Origin: an uncultured Acidobacteriota bacterium
GTDB lineage: Bacteria > Acidobacteriota > Thermoanaerobaculia > UBA5066 > Gp7-AA6
Length of the DNA: 64,000 bases
Reading direction: 5' to 3'
Assembly: GCA_963764025.1 (NCBI GenBank)
Contig: CAVXRK010000009.1
Span: forward strand, 175,442-239,441
A program made the position numbers and the translations under genes. This document shows positions 1 through 9,194 of this stretch, one piece after another. The notes beneath the pieces are model-generated. The model saw only the letters and a program-made list of their open reading frames with translations, was not told where the DNA came from and made no database searches. The number at the start of each line of letters is the position of its first letter. The first letter of the stretch is position 1.

Positions 1-1824
1 GGCCGCGGGCGAGGGCGGCGACGCGTTCCACGTCTTGGGCGATCCTTCCGGAACGTCGATCTTCTCTGTCAGCGGATTGGCCCCTTCGCGCGAGAGCGTC
101 ACGCTGTAGGAGCCGGGTGGCAGTTTGAGACGCGCGGCATCGGGCAGCGTGCCGCGGAACTTCCCGTCGACGAGGACACGTGCGCCCGCCCAGCCCGGCG
201 CCTGGATGACGAGCATGGAGATCGGGAACTGGTAGTGGACGCGGTTCTCGGACCTGGGGCCCACGTGAAACTTCTTCTCGTAGGGCGGAAAGTCCTTGGC
301 GACCAGGCGGACGGTGTGCTCGCCCTCGTCGAGCGAGAGCGTCCTTGCGGGAATGGAGGGCCCGATCGTCTTTCCGTCGACCGAAAGCGTCGCGACGGGG
401 ATCGAGGAGAACTGCACCTTGAACTGCTGCGGGGCGGCCGGCTTTTCCGTGGGCTGCGCCGCCGGAGCGGGGGCGGCCGTCGCGGCGGGTGCGGCTGCCA
501 CCGGAGCGGCGGGGACCGCAGGCGCTTCGCCGGCGCCGAGCTTGGGCTCCGGGAACTCGAGGGCAGGGGTCGGCGCGGCGGCGGCCGGCGTGGGAGCCGC
601 CGGGGCCGGGGCGGGCGGAACCCCGGGTCGGGTCACGACGTAGGCGACCGAGACGGCGACGATGATCGCGAACACGATGCCGCCGACCACCATGCGCGTT
701 TTCCCGACGCCCGGCGCGGGCGCGATGGCCGCGTCGATCGACCGCCGCGCGGTCTCGTCGACGAGCGACTCGGACGAGGGGTCGCGGAAGTTCACGAGCT
801 CGAGGTTCGGCCGCGCGCCGGACATCGCCCCGGAGATGGGCGTCCGGTCCGACGGCGATCGCGCCCGCGCGAGGGCGCCGGACGGGGGAGTGATATTGAC
901 CCGGTTGGCGACGACGCCGCTCGAAGGCGTCGCGAGCGTGGTGTCGTCATCGGCTTCGGACCGCACGGTGCGAACCGTGTCGCCTTGAACCGCGGGGTAC
1001 ATCCCGGAGCTGCCGACGAGCTCGCGGTGGATCCCGTGGAGGTCCTTCCGGAATGCCTCCATCGTCGGGTAACGGTCCCCCGGAGCCTTGGCCATCGCAC
1101 GGTTGACCGCCGCGATCAGGGCCGGCGGAGCATCCAGCACCAGCCCCTCGATCGGCTCGGGCGTCTCGTTCAGGATCTTGTAGAGCACGGTCGAGAGGTG
1201 CTCGCCCCGGAACGGCTTGCGATACGTGAGCAACTCGTAGGCGAGGACGCCGAGCGCGAAGATGTCGGTGCGGCCGTCGATCGGCTCGCCGCGGATCTGC
1301 TCGGGAGCGAGGTACGCCGAGGTTCCGAGCGTGATGCCCGTCTGGGTCAGGTTCGACTCGGTCTGCAGCGACTTGGCGATCCCGAAGTCCATGACCTTGA
1401 CCGTGCCGTCGTCGAGGACCCGCACGTTGGCGGGCTTGACGTCCCGGTGCACGATCGACGCGCCGTGGGCGTACCCGAGCCCGTCGGCGATCGCCATCAC
1501 GACCTCGACCTTGCGGGAGATCGGGATCGGGTCGCCGCGCTTGATCTTCTTGTCGAGATCCTCGCCGGTCAGAAACTCCTGGACGATGTAGGGGATCCCG
1601 TTCTCGACGCCGAAGTCGTAGATCGTCGTGATGTGGCGGTGATGGAGGTTGCCCGCGAGCTCCGCCTCGCGAAAGAACCGGTGCTTGATCTCCTCGTCGT
1701 TGACCTGGCAGGTCTTGATGGCGACCGTCCGCTTGATGAACGGATCCCGGCCCCGGTAGACGGCGCCGAAGCCGCCCACGCCGATCTGTTCGGAGACCTC
1801 GTATTTTCCGATTTTGTCGAGCAT
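1..1824 (-). CDS. Ser/Thr protein kinase, single-pass membrane protein with C-terminal PEGA-like repeats (3' end lies beyond window start)
   Basis: Absent from the ORF track because there is no stop in the window. Reverse translation from ATG at 1824 gives MLDKIGKYEVSEQIGVGGFGAVYRGRD..AIK, HRDVKPANV, DFGIAK and SAYLAPEQ. A TM segment (VVGGIVFAIIVAVSVAYVV) follows, then an Ala/Pro linker and two VDGK..G..P..L..G.H.V modules. Confidence 0.85.
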   Translation of the reverse strand, partial: MLDKIGKYEVSEQIGVGGFGAVYRGRDPFIKRTVAIKTCQVNDEEIKHRFFREAELAGNLHHRHITTIYDFGVENGIPYIVQEFLTGEDLDKKIKRGDPIPISRKVEVVMAIADGLGYAHGASIVHRDVKPANVRVLDDGTVKVMDFGIAKSLQTESNLTQTGITLGTSAYLAPEQIRGEPIDGRTDIFALGVLAYELLTYRKPFRGEHLSTVLYKILNETPEPIEGLVLDAPPALIAAVNRAMAKAPGDRYPTMEAFRKDLHGIHRELVGSSGMYPAVQGDTVRTVRSEADDDTTLATPSSGVVANRVNITPPSGALARARSPSDRTPISGAMSGARPNLELVNFRDPSSESLVDETARRSIDAAIAPAPGVGKTRMVVGGIVFAIIVAVSVAYVVTRPGVPPAPAPAAPTPAAAAPTPALEFPEPKLGAGEAPAVPAAPVAAAPAATAAPAPAAQPTEKPAAPQQFKVQFSSIPVATLSVDGKTIGPSIPARTLSLDEGEHTVRLVAKDFPPYEKKFHVGPRSENRVHYQFPISMLVIQAPGWAGARVLVDGKFRGTLPDAARLKLPPGSYSVTLSREGANPLTEKIDVPEGSPKTWNASPPSPAA

Positions 1825-1898
1825 CCGTCCGCCGCGAACTCCGCTAGTGTAAACGAACGCCGAGCGCGCGGAAACCATTCGCGCAAAAGGGGCTAGCG

Positions 1899-2453
1899 AT
1901 GGGTAGACTGAGTTCCGTGCGGCGACCCCCGTGGACCTTCTTCGCGATCGCCCTGACGGCGGGCGCCTCGGCGTGTCGGAGGGGCGAGCCCGGGAGACTC
2001 GAGCCCGTCCGGGCGATCCGCAGCCGCGTGGAGCCGGCGTTCCGGCCGCCGGCGGACGGCCGGCTGACCCCCGCCCAGCTCGACACGTACCTCAAGGTTC
2101 GCCGCGCCGTCCGGGGAGCGACTTCCGACACCGACGCCGCACGGAGCCTCGGCGTCGACCCGGCCGAGTTCGATTGGATCCGCGCCCGGATCATCGAGGC
2201 CCTCGCGGTGCTCGATGCGCGCCGCCTCGCCGAATCGGGTCTGGAGAGCTACGGGCGGGCGATCGCGTCCCTCCGCGCGGCCCGGGAGTCCGCCGCCGAT
2301 TCGAAGACGGCGGCGCGGATCGACGCCGAGATCGCGGCGCTCGAGCGCGAGCGGGCGGCTCTTCGCCGCCCCGACCCCGCGGGTCCGGCGGCCGTCGCCA
2401 ACGCGGCGCGTGTCGAGGCGCGCCGCGCGGAGATCGAGGCTCTCGGCCCGTGA
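1899..2453 (+). CDS. Hypothetical lipoprotein
   Basis: ORF 1899..2453. N-terminal signal with a lipobox-like LTAGASAC. High GC3 coding pattern. Helical Ala/Arg-rich remainder. Confidence 0.55.
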   Translation: MGRLSSVRRPPWTFFAIALTAGASACRRGEPGRLEPVRAIRSRVEPAFRPPADGRLTPAQLDTYLKVRRAVRGATSDTDAARSLGVDPAEFDWIRARIIEALAVLDARRLAESGLESYGRAIASLRAARESAADSKTAARIDAEIAALERERAALRRPDPAGPAAVANAARVEARRAEIEALGP

Positions 2454-3496
2454 CGCCGCTCGAACGCTTTCTCGCCGACGAGATCGAGGCGGGCTCGTTT
2501 CCGGGGGCCTGCGCGGTCGTGGGCTCGGGTGAGCGCGTGCTCGCCGAGGCGGCGGCGGGCCGCGCCGTGGTCGAGCCGTCTCCGGTCGCGGCGACTCCCG
2601 GCACGCTCTTCGACCTGGCGAGCCTGACGAAGCCGCTCTGCGCCGCGGCCCTCGCTGCGGCGGCGGGCCGCGCGCTGCCGCTCGGCGCGTCCCCCGGCCG
2701 GTTTCTGCCGGAGTGGAAGACGCTCCGGTTCGACGGCGTCACGATCGAGCGCCTGCTGACCCACACCTCGGGGTTGCCGGCCTGGCACCCGCTCTACGTC
2801 TTCGGCGAAGGTGCAGTCGCCTACCGGCGCACGCTCGCGGGCATCGAACCGGAGGCCGTTCCGGGGGAACGCGTCATCTACAGCGACCTCAACATCCTGC
2901 TCCTGACGGAAATCCTCGAGAAGATCTTCGCCTCGCCGATCGACCGGGCGTTCGAGGAGCTCGTGGCCCGTCCCGTCGGTTCGTCCGCCGCGTTCCTGCC
3001 GAGGGACGCCGGAGCCACGGCCGCGACGGAGCGGGGCGATCGGTTCGAGCGGGCGATGGTCGCGTCCCGAGGCCTTTCATATGCGTGGTTCCGGGACGGC
3101 GTCGTGCGGGGAGAGGTCCACGACGGCAACGCGTTTCGACGGGGGGGCGTCTCGGGCCATGCCGGGCTCTTCGCGACGGCGCGGGACGTCTGGGCGCTGG
3201 CGCGCCCGTGGCTCGACCCGGCGTGCCGGGAGCTCACGCGCGACCGGACGCCCGACCTCGCCGAAGCCCGCGGCCTCGGCTGGCAGGGTCGGCGGGGCGC
3301 GGGCTCGGCCATACCAGCGATGTCGGAAGCGAGTTTCGGCCACACCGGCTTCACCGGCACCTCCGTATGGGTCGACCCGGCGCGGAACCTCGTCGCCGTT
3401 CTGTTGACGAACCGCATCCACCCGGAGGTCCGCGAGATCCCGTTCAACGAGGTCCGGCAGCGCTTTCACGAGGTCGTCTGGGAGGGCTTCGCCTGA
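2450..3496 (+). CDS. Serine hydrolase, beta-lactamase/esterase family
   Basis: Real part of ORF 1931..3496, starting at an in-frame GTG at 2450 (GTGA overlap with the upstream stop). Motifs: SxxK (ASLTKP), YSDLN, HTGFTG. Confidence 0.8.
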   Translation: MTPLERFLADEIEAGSFPGACAVVGSGERVLAEAAAGRAVVEPSPVAATPGTLFDLASLTKPLCAAALAAAAGRALPLGASPGRFLPEWKTLRFDGVTIERLLTHTSGLPAWHPLYVFGEGAVAYRRTLAGIEPEAVPGERVIYSDLNILLLTEILEKIFASPIDRAFEELVARPVGSSAAFLPRDAGATAATERGDRFERAMVASRGLSYAWFRDGVVRGEVHDGNAFRRGGVSGHAGLFATARDVWALARPWLDPACRELTRDRTPDLAEARGLGWQGRRGAGSAIPAMSEASFGHTGFTGTSVWVDPARNLVAVLLTNRIHPEVREIPFNEVRQRFHEVVWEGFA

Positions 3497-3521
3497 CGCC
3501 GCGGCCCCCGCCGCGCTGAGG

Positions 3522-3527
3522 TAAACT
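3522..3527 (+). promoter_or_regulatory. Candidate -10 box TAAACT, 10 nt upstream of the thiolase ATG, no SD
   Basis: An AT-rich hexamer in an otherwise GC-rich 41-nt intergenic region. The sequence between it and the ATG (cgcccgctct) has no Shine-Dalgarno. Confidence 0.3.
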
Positions 3528-3537
3528 CGCCCGCTCT

Positions 3538-4722
3538 ATGGCCCAATCGACCGGCGTTTTCATTCTCGACGGCGCACGCACTGCGATGGCGGAATACAAC
3601 GGCGCCTTCGCCGACGTCACGGCGATCGACCTCGGCGTCCATGCCGCCCGCGAGGCCCTGCGCCGCAGCGGTGTCGAGCCCGGCCGGATCGACCACGCGA
3701 TCTTCGGCAACGCCCTCCAGACTTCGGGCGACGCGATCTACGGTGCACGGCACGTGGCGCTCAAGGCGGGGGTGCCGAAGGAAGTGCCGGCGCTGACCGT
3801 CAACCGCCTGTGCGGGTCCGGCTTCGAATCGATCGTGCAGGGGGCGCACCGCATTCTCCTCGGGGAGGCGAAGACGGTCCTCGCGGGCGGGATGGAGAAC
3901 ATGTCCCAGGCGCCGCACGTCATCCGCGGGGCGCGCAAGGGCTTCCGCCTCGGCCAGGGGCAGCTCGAGGACTCGCTGATGGTCGCCTTGCTCGACTCCT
4001 ACTGCGGCCTCTACATGGCCCAGACGTCCGACCGCGTGGCCGCCAGGTACGGCATCACCCGCGCCGCGCAGGATGCCTACGCGCTCTCCTCGCAGCAGCG
4101 GGCCGCCGCGGCCTGGGAATCCGGCCGCTTCGCCGAGGAGGTCGTCGCCGTCGAGGTCAAGGCCGGGCGCAAGACCGTGCGCGTCGAGCGGGACGATCAC
4201 CTGCGTCCGGACTCGACGCTCGAAGGCCTCGCGGGCCTGCCCCCGTCGTTCGGCAAGGACGGATCGGTGACTGCCGGAAACGCTTCCGGCATCGTGGACG
4301 GCGCGGCCGCGGTCGTCGTCGCGTCGGAGGAGGCGGCCCGGGGCCACAAGCCGCTCGGCCGCCTCGTGTCCTGGGCCGTCGTGGGCGTCGAGCCGGAGCT
4401 GATGGGGCTCGGCCCGGCCCCGGCGGCGCGCGCGGCGATCGCCAGGGCGGGACTCTCCCAGAACGACATCGGACTCTGGGAGATCAACGAGGCCTTCGCC
4501 GGCCAGATCCTCGGCGTCGTCAAGGAGCTGGGGCTCGATCTCGAGAAACTCAATGTGAATGGCGGCGCGATCGCCCTCGGCCATCCCCTGGCCGCGACCG
4601 GCACGCGCTGCACGCTGACCCTCCTCAAGGAGATGCGGCGCCGCGGGGTGCGGTACGGCCTGGCCGGCGCCTGCATCGGCGGGGGACAGGGCATCGCCGT
4701 CGTCGTGGAGTCCGCCGCGTAG
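3538..4722 (+). CDS. Acetyl-CoA C-acetyltransferase (thiolase II)
   Basis: 394 aa. Thiolase signatures: NRLCGSG (active-site Cys), C-terminal GACIGGGQG, NVNGGAIALGHP. Confidence 0.95.
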   Translation: MAQSTGVFILDGARTAMAEYNGAFADVTAIDLGVHAAREALRRSGVEPGRIDHAIFGNALQTSGDAIYGARHVALKAGVPKEVPALTVNRLCGSGFESIVQGAHRILLGEAKTVLAGGMENMSQAPHVIRGARKGFRLGQGQLEDSLMVALLDSYCGLYMAQTSDRVAARYGITRAAQDAYALSSQQRAAAAWESGRFAEEVVAVEVKAGRKTVRVERDDHLRPDSTLEGLAGLPPSFGKDGSVTAGNASGIVDGAAAVVVASEEAARGHKPLGRLVSWAVVGVEPELMGLGPAPAARAAIARAGLSQNDIGLWEINEAFAGQILGVVKELGLDLEKLNVNGGAIALGHPLAATGTRCTLTLLKEMRRRGVRYGLAGACIGGGQGIAVVVESAA

Positions 4723-4743
4723 TCGGCGGGCGGGGATCGGGCA

Positions 4744-5082
4744 ATGAACTGGACCGAGCGGATCCTCGAGTTCCCCGTGCGGGCGGCGGCGGTCGACGAT
4801 TTCCTGCGGGACCTGCGCGCCCGCGGCGCCGGCGACCTGAACGCGGTACTGACGACGTTGAACGAGGGCGGCCTCTGCCGGGAGGCCGTGCGGCACTGGA
4901 CCGAGAGCGGCTGGATCGTCCTCGCGCCGAACACGCCGCTGCTGGCGCTGACCGGCCCGGCCTTCGAGCCGGCGCTGTCGCTGACGGACTTCTGCAGCGA
5001 ATTCGAAATCCTGGAAGCGCCGGTCCCGGCGGGCCCGGACGCGTCGACGGAGGAGGGTGCGGAGCAACATGGCCATTCGTAA
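4744..5082 (+). CDS. Hypothetical protein (112 aa) between thiolase and hbd
   Basis: ORF with strong GC3 bias and no recognisable motifs. Its 3' end overlaps the hbd start. Confidence 0.45.
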   Translation: MNWTERILEFPVRAAAVDDFLRDLRARGAGDLNAVLTTLNEGGLCREAVRHWTESGWIVLAPNTPLLALTGPAFEPALSLTDFCSEFEILEAPVPAGPDASTEEGAEQHGHS

Positions 5083-5923
5083 AGTCGGTGTTCTCGGCGC
5101 GGGCCTCATGGGCTCGGGCATCGCCGAGGTGTGCGCGAAGGCGGGCTACGACACGGTGGTCCGCGAGGTCAGCGACGAGCTGGTCCGCAAGGGACTCTCG
5201 CGAATCGAGGGGTCGCTCGCGAAGGCCGTGGAGAAGGGCAAGTTGCCCGCGGCCGACCGCGACGCCGCCTGGAAGCGGCTGGCGTCGACGACGACGCTCG
5301 AGGACCTCGCCGACTGCGATCTCCTGATCGAGGCGATCGTCGAGAACCTCGAGCTCAAGAAGGAGACGTACCGAACCCTCGACGCGGCGTGCAAGCCGGA
5401 GACGATCTTCTGCTCCAACACGTCCTCGCTGACGATCACGGAGATGTCCGCGGCGACGAAGCGCCCCGACCGGTTCGCGGGACTCCACTTCTTCAACCCG
5501 GTTCCCGTGATGAAGCTGGTGGAGGTCGTCCGCACCATCGCGACGTCCGAGGCGACCTTCTCGACGGTCTTCGAATTCGCTCGCTCGCTCGGCAAGGAGC
5601 CGATCCGCACGCACGACAACTCGGGATTCATCGTCAATCGCCTCCTCGTGCCGTACCTTCTGGACGCCGTCCGGGCCCTCGAGGAGGGCGTCGGTTCGCG
5701 CGAGGACATCGACAAGGGCATGGAGCTCGGCTGCGGGCACCCGATGGGGCCGCTCAAGCTGCTCGACTTCGTCGGGCTCGACACGACCTACGCGATCGCC
5801 GAGATCATGTTCGCCGAGTACCGGGAGAAGCGCTTCGCGCCGCCGCCGCTCCTGAAGCGCATGGTCCTGGCCGGCCGCTACGGAAAGAAGTCGGGCCGCG
5901 GCTTCTACGAGTACGGAGGGTAA
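5069..5923 (+). CDS. hbd: 3-hydroxybutyryl-CoA dehydrogenase
   Basis: MAIRKVGVLGAGLMGSGIAEV Rossmann motif, NTSSL, HFFNPVPVMKLVE. Near full-length resemblance to clostridial Hbd. ATG at 5069 is preferred over GTG at 5057 because a GGAGGAGGG sits upstream. Confidence 0.9.
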   Translation: MAIRKVGVLGAGLMGSGIAEVCAKAGYDTVVREVSDELVRKGLSRIEGSLAKAVEKGKLPAADRDAAWKRLASTTTLEDLADCDLLIEAIVENLELKKETYRTLDAACKPETIFCSNTSSLTITEMSAATKRPDRFAGLHFFNPVPVMKLVEVVRTIATSEATFSTVFEFARSLGKEPIRTHDNSGFIVNRLLVPYLLDAVRALEEGVGSREDIDKGMELGCGHPMGPLKLLDFVGLDTTYAIAEIMFAEYREKRFAPPPLLKRMVLAGRYGKKSGRGFYEYGG

Positions 5924-5924
5924 C

Positions 5925-6704
5925 GTGAGCGAGTTCGTCCTCGTCGAGACCTCGGAGCGCATTCGCACCCTGACGATCAACCGGCCGGACAAGCTCAACG
6001 CGCTGAACTCCGACGTCATGGCGGCCCTCGACCGGGCCCTCGACGCCGCCCGGGACGACGCCTCGGTCGGGGTCGTGATCATCACGGGCTCCGGCGAAAA
6101 GTCCTTCATCGCCGGCGCCGACATCGGCGAGCTCTCGAAGCTCACGCCCGTCGAGGGCCGCGAGCATGCGCGCCGGGGGCAGGCCGTGCTGGCCAAGATC
6201 GAGGGCCTCGGCAAGCCCGTCATCGCCGCCGTCAACGGCTACGCCCTGGGCGGGGGTTGCGAGCTCGCGCTCGCCTGCACGATCCGGATCGCCTCGGAGA
6301 ACGCGCGCTTCGGCCAGCCGGAGGTCAAGCTCGGGATCCTGCCGGGATACGGCGGCTCGCAGCGGCTGGCCCGCATCGTCGGCGAGGGGCGCGCGATGCA
6401 GCTGTGTCTGACGGCCGAGCCGATCGACGCGGCCGAGGCCTGGCGGATCGGCCTCGTCAACAAGGTGGCTCCTCCGGGCGAGGCTGTCGCGGCTGCGCGC
6501 GCCATGGCGGGGCAGATCCTCGCGAACGGGCCGGTCGCGTGCCGGTACGTCCTGGAGGCGGTTCACCGGGGTCTCGACCTGCCGCTTCCCGACGGCCTCC
6601 TGCTCGAGGCCACGCTCTTCGGGCTCTGCGCCGCCACCTCCGACATGAAGGAGGGCATGACCGCGTTCCTCGAGAAGCGGCCAGCGCGGTTCACGGGGAA
6701 GTAG
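5925..6704 (+). CDS. crt: Enoyl-CoA hydratase (crotonase)
   Basis: 259 aa with crotonase-fold motifs (GSGEKSFIAGADI, AAVNGYALGGGCELALAC, FGQPEVKLGI). Confidence 0.9.
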   Translation: MSEFVLVETSERIRTLTINRPDKLNALNSDVMAALDRALDAARDDASVGVVIITGSGEKSFIAGADIGELSKLTPVEGREHARRGQAVLAKIEGLGKPVIAAVNGYALGGGCELALACTIRIASENARFGQPEVKLGILPGYGGSQRLARIVGEGRAMQLCLTAEPIDAAEAWRIGLVNKVAPPGEAVAAARAMAGQILANGPVACRYVLEAVHRGLDLPLPDGLLLEATLFGLCAATSDMKEGMTAFLEKRPARFTGK

Positions 6705-6713
6705 GAGCGCCGC

Positions 6714-7886
6714 ATGGGCATCGAGCTCGTCAGCGCCTGCGTGTTCTGTGCGGGCATGCTCCTCGGCATGGACCTGCCTCCCCGGCCGGGCCTCGGCGCG
6801 GAGCTCGGCTTCTCCTACTCGACGCTCGCCCGCCGCTACGACATCGGGACCACGGTCGACACCTCCGACGTCACGCCGAAGTTCGTTCTCGTCGGGATGG
6901 GCTTCGCCCGGTTCGCGCCGGACGGTCTCGGCGCCGGGACGCCCGAGTTCGAGTGGCGGGGGCGGGTCGGCTTCGGAACGTCCCACGACGAGCAGCAGCG
7001 GCTGGTGCAGCCGGAGCTCGGGCTGCCGCGGGTGGTTTCCAACGGGACCGGCCGCGCCGAAAACTTCGCCCTGCTGCTCCGTCTCCCGGTGACGAAAGCC
7101 GACTCCGTGGAGCTCGCCGGCGAGGGCCGCAACAACCGGTCGACCGACGTCATCAACATCGGCGGCGAGAACCAGGAGGTGACCGAGGCCCGGGATCTCT
7201 CGTCCCAGCGGATCGACATCGCGGCCGGCTGGCGCCACCGCTGGGCGGGCCTCGAGGCCGCCGCGGCCTTCCGGTGGACGAAGCCCTCGGGCTACAACGC
7301 GACGGCCGGATCCTTCCAGGATGCCTCGGGCCCGATTCTGGGCGGCGAGGGCGAGGTGCGCTGGAAGCCCGGCCCGTGGACGTTCGTGGCCCACGCCGAA
7401 TACATGGGCGGGAACATCGACGTCCATCGCGAAAGCCTTCCGGACTTCCACGACCGGGACGCGCAGCTCCAGGCGACCCTCCAGGCGTACCGCCTCACCG
7501 CCGGTTATTCCTGGGCGTGTTCCGACCTGATGCTCTCGGCGACCTACGACCGCCAGAAGCTCCCGTTCGTCTCGCTCGCCGTCCTCGGAACGGAAACCGT
7601 CGCGTTCGACCGGGGCTACGATCCCAACTCCAGCAACGAGGAGGTCTTCTGGGACATCGCGTTCCGCTACGCCTTCAGCCCGGCGATCCGCGCCCGCGTC
7701 GGCGCCCGGCTGGCCTGGGGCGACGAGACCGTGACGCTGACGGACTCCGCCGGAGTCCGGCCGACCCAGGTTCTCGACGTGGCGCGCCGGGGCATTTTCG
7801 GCGGAAGCCTTTCCGATCCTCTGGGATCGCCGGAGTTCGCTTTCTTCATCGGGGCGGACTTCTCGATCGGCGCGCCGAGTCCCTGA
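6714..7886 (+). CDS. Putative outer-membrane beta-barrel protein
   Basis: 390 aa. Alternating hydrophobic/polar strands and frequent Gly/aromatic residues. C-terminal ..FFIGADFSIG.. The N-terminal signal is weak. Confidence 0.5.
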   Translation: MGIELVSACVFCAGMLLGMDLPPRPGLGAELGFSYSTLARRYDIGTTVDTSDVTPKFVLVGMGFARFAPDGLGAGTPEFEWRGRVGFGTSHDEQQRLVQPELGLPRVVSNGTGRAENFALLLRLPVTKADSVELAGEGRNNRSTDVINIGGENQEVTEARDLSSQRIDIAAGWRHRWAGLEAAAAFRWTKPSGYNATAGSFQDASGPILGGEGEVRWKPGPWTFVAHAEYMGGNIDVHRESLPDFHDRDAQLQATLQAYRLTAGYSWACSDLMLSATYDRQKLPFVSLAVLGTETVAFDRGYDPNSSNEEVFWDIAFRYAFSPAIRARVGARLAWGDETVTLTDSAGVRPTQVLDVARRGIFGGSLSDPLGSPEFAFFIGADFSIGAPSP

Positions 7887-7896
7887 GGCGGCCCGA

Positions 7897-9180
7897 GTGC
7901 TAAACTCGAAGACTGGAGAAGACCTCTTGAACCCGCCGGACTCCGACCTCATCTACGACTGGAACCGCGCGGGCGGAGCCGTTTTCCCGAAGCGCGGCCG
8001 GGTCGAGATCGACGACGAGACGCTGCGCGACGGCCTCCAGTCGCCTTCCGTCAAGAGCCCCACGATCGACCAGAAGATCCGGATCCTTCACCTGATGGAG
8101 TCGCTCGGGATCGATTCCGTCGACATCGGCCTGCCCGGGGCCGGGCCCCACGTGGTCGACACGGTGACGCGCCTGGCTCAGGAGATCGTCATCGGAAAGA
8201 TGAAGATCCGGCCCAACTGCGCGGCGCGGACCGTGGCGGCCGACATCCTCCCGATCATCGAGATCTCGCAGAAGGTCGGCATCCCGATCGAGGTCTCGTG
8301 CTTCATCGGGTCTTCGCCCATCCGGCAGTACGCCGAGGACTGGGATTTCGAGCGGATGCTCCGCCTCTCGGAGGACGCGGTATCCCTCGCCGTCCGCGCG
8401 GGGCTCCCGGTCATGTACGTGACCGAGGACACGACGCGGGCGCACCCCGACCACGTGCGCGGGATGTACACGACGGCGATGCGCGCGGGCGCCGGGCGGG
8501 TCTGTGTCTGCGACACGGTCGGGCACGCCACGCCGAACGGCGTGCGCAACGTCGTCGCGTTCGTCTGCGAGCTCGTCGAGGAGGTGAACCCGGTCGTCAA
8601 GGTCGACTGGCACGGCCACCAGGACCGCGGCCTCGGGGTCACCAACGCGCTCTGGGCCCTGGAAGCCGGTGCGCACCGCGTCCACGCCTGCGCGCTCGGC
8701 ATCGGGGAGCGCGTCGGCAACACGCCCATGGACCAGCTCCTCGTCAACCTGCAGCTCCTGGGCTGGATCGACCGCGACCTGACCCGGCTCCACGACTACT
8801 GCGCGGCCGTGTCCGAGGCGACGGGCGTTCCCATCCCCGACAACTATCCGATCGTCGGCCGCGACGCCTTCCGCACCGGCACCGGCGTTCACGCCGCGGC
8901 CATCATCAAGGCCCGCAAGAAGGGCGACGAGTGGCTGTCGGACCGCGTCTACTCGGGCGTGCCCGCCGCGATGGTCGGCCGCCACCAGGTCATCGAGGTC
9001 GGGCCGATGAGCGGGCTCTCCAACGTCCAGTGCTGGCTCGAGAGCCGGGGGATCGAGGCCCGGCCGGATCTCGTCGACGCGATCTTCCGCCGGGCCAAGG
9101 AGAGCGACCACATCCTCGGCGACGCCGAGATCCTCGACGTCGTCCAGCGGCTGACTCCCGAAACCGCGCCGCTCTCCTAG
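7897..9180 (+). CDS. HMGL-like (DRE-TIM) family protein, 2-isopropylmalate/homocitrate synthase-like, no LeuA regulatory domain
   Basis: 427 aa. DETLRDGLQS, HGHQDRGLG and ERVGNTP metal/substrate motifs of the isopropylmalate synthase family. Confidence 0.8.
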   Translation: MLNSKTGEDLLNPPDSDLIYDWNRAGGAVFPKRGRVEIDDETLRDGLQSPSVKSPTIDQKIRILHLMESLGIDSVDIGLPGAGPHVVDTVTRLAQEIVIGKMKIRPNCAARTVAADILPIIEISQKVGIPIEVSCFIGSSPIRQYAEDWDFERMLRLSEDAVSLAVRAGLPVMYVTEDTTRAHPDHVRGMYTTAMRAGAGRVCVCDTVGHATPNGVRNVVAFVCELVEEVNPVVKVDWHGHQDRGLGVTNALWALEAGAHRVHACALGIGERVGNTPMDQLLVNLQLLGWIDRDLTRLHDYCAAVSEATGVPIPDNYPIVGRDAFRTGTGVHAAAIIKARKKGDEWLSDRVYSGVPAAMVGRHQVIEVGPMSGLSNVQCWLESRGIEARPDLVDAIFRRAKESDHILGDAEILDVVQRLTPETAPLS

Positions 9181-9194
9181 AGTCGAGGCGCCGA

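Noticed and set aside
2781-2800. Sigma-54 promoter-like TGGCAC
   Set aside because: It lies inside the beta-lactamase-family CDS, and the element 5 nt downstream is CTACG rather than TTGC. I spotted no TGGCAC-N5-TTGC in any intergenic region.
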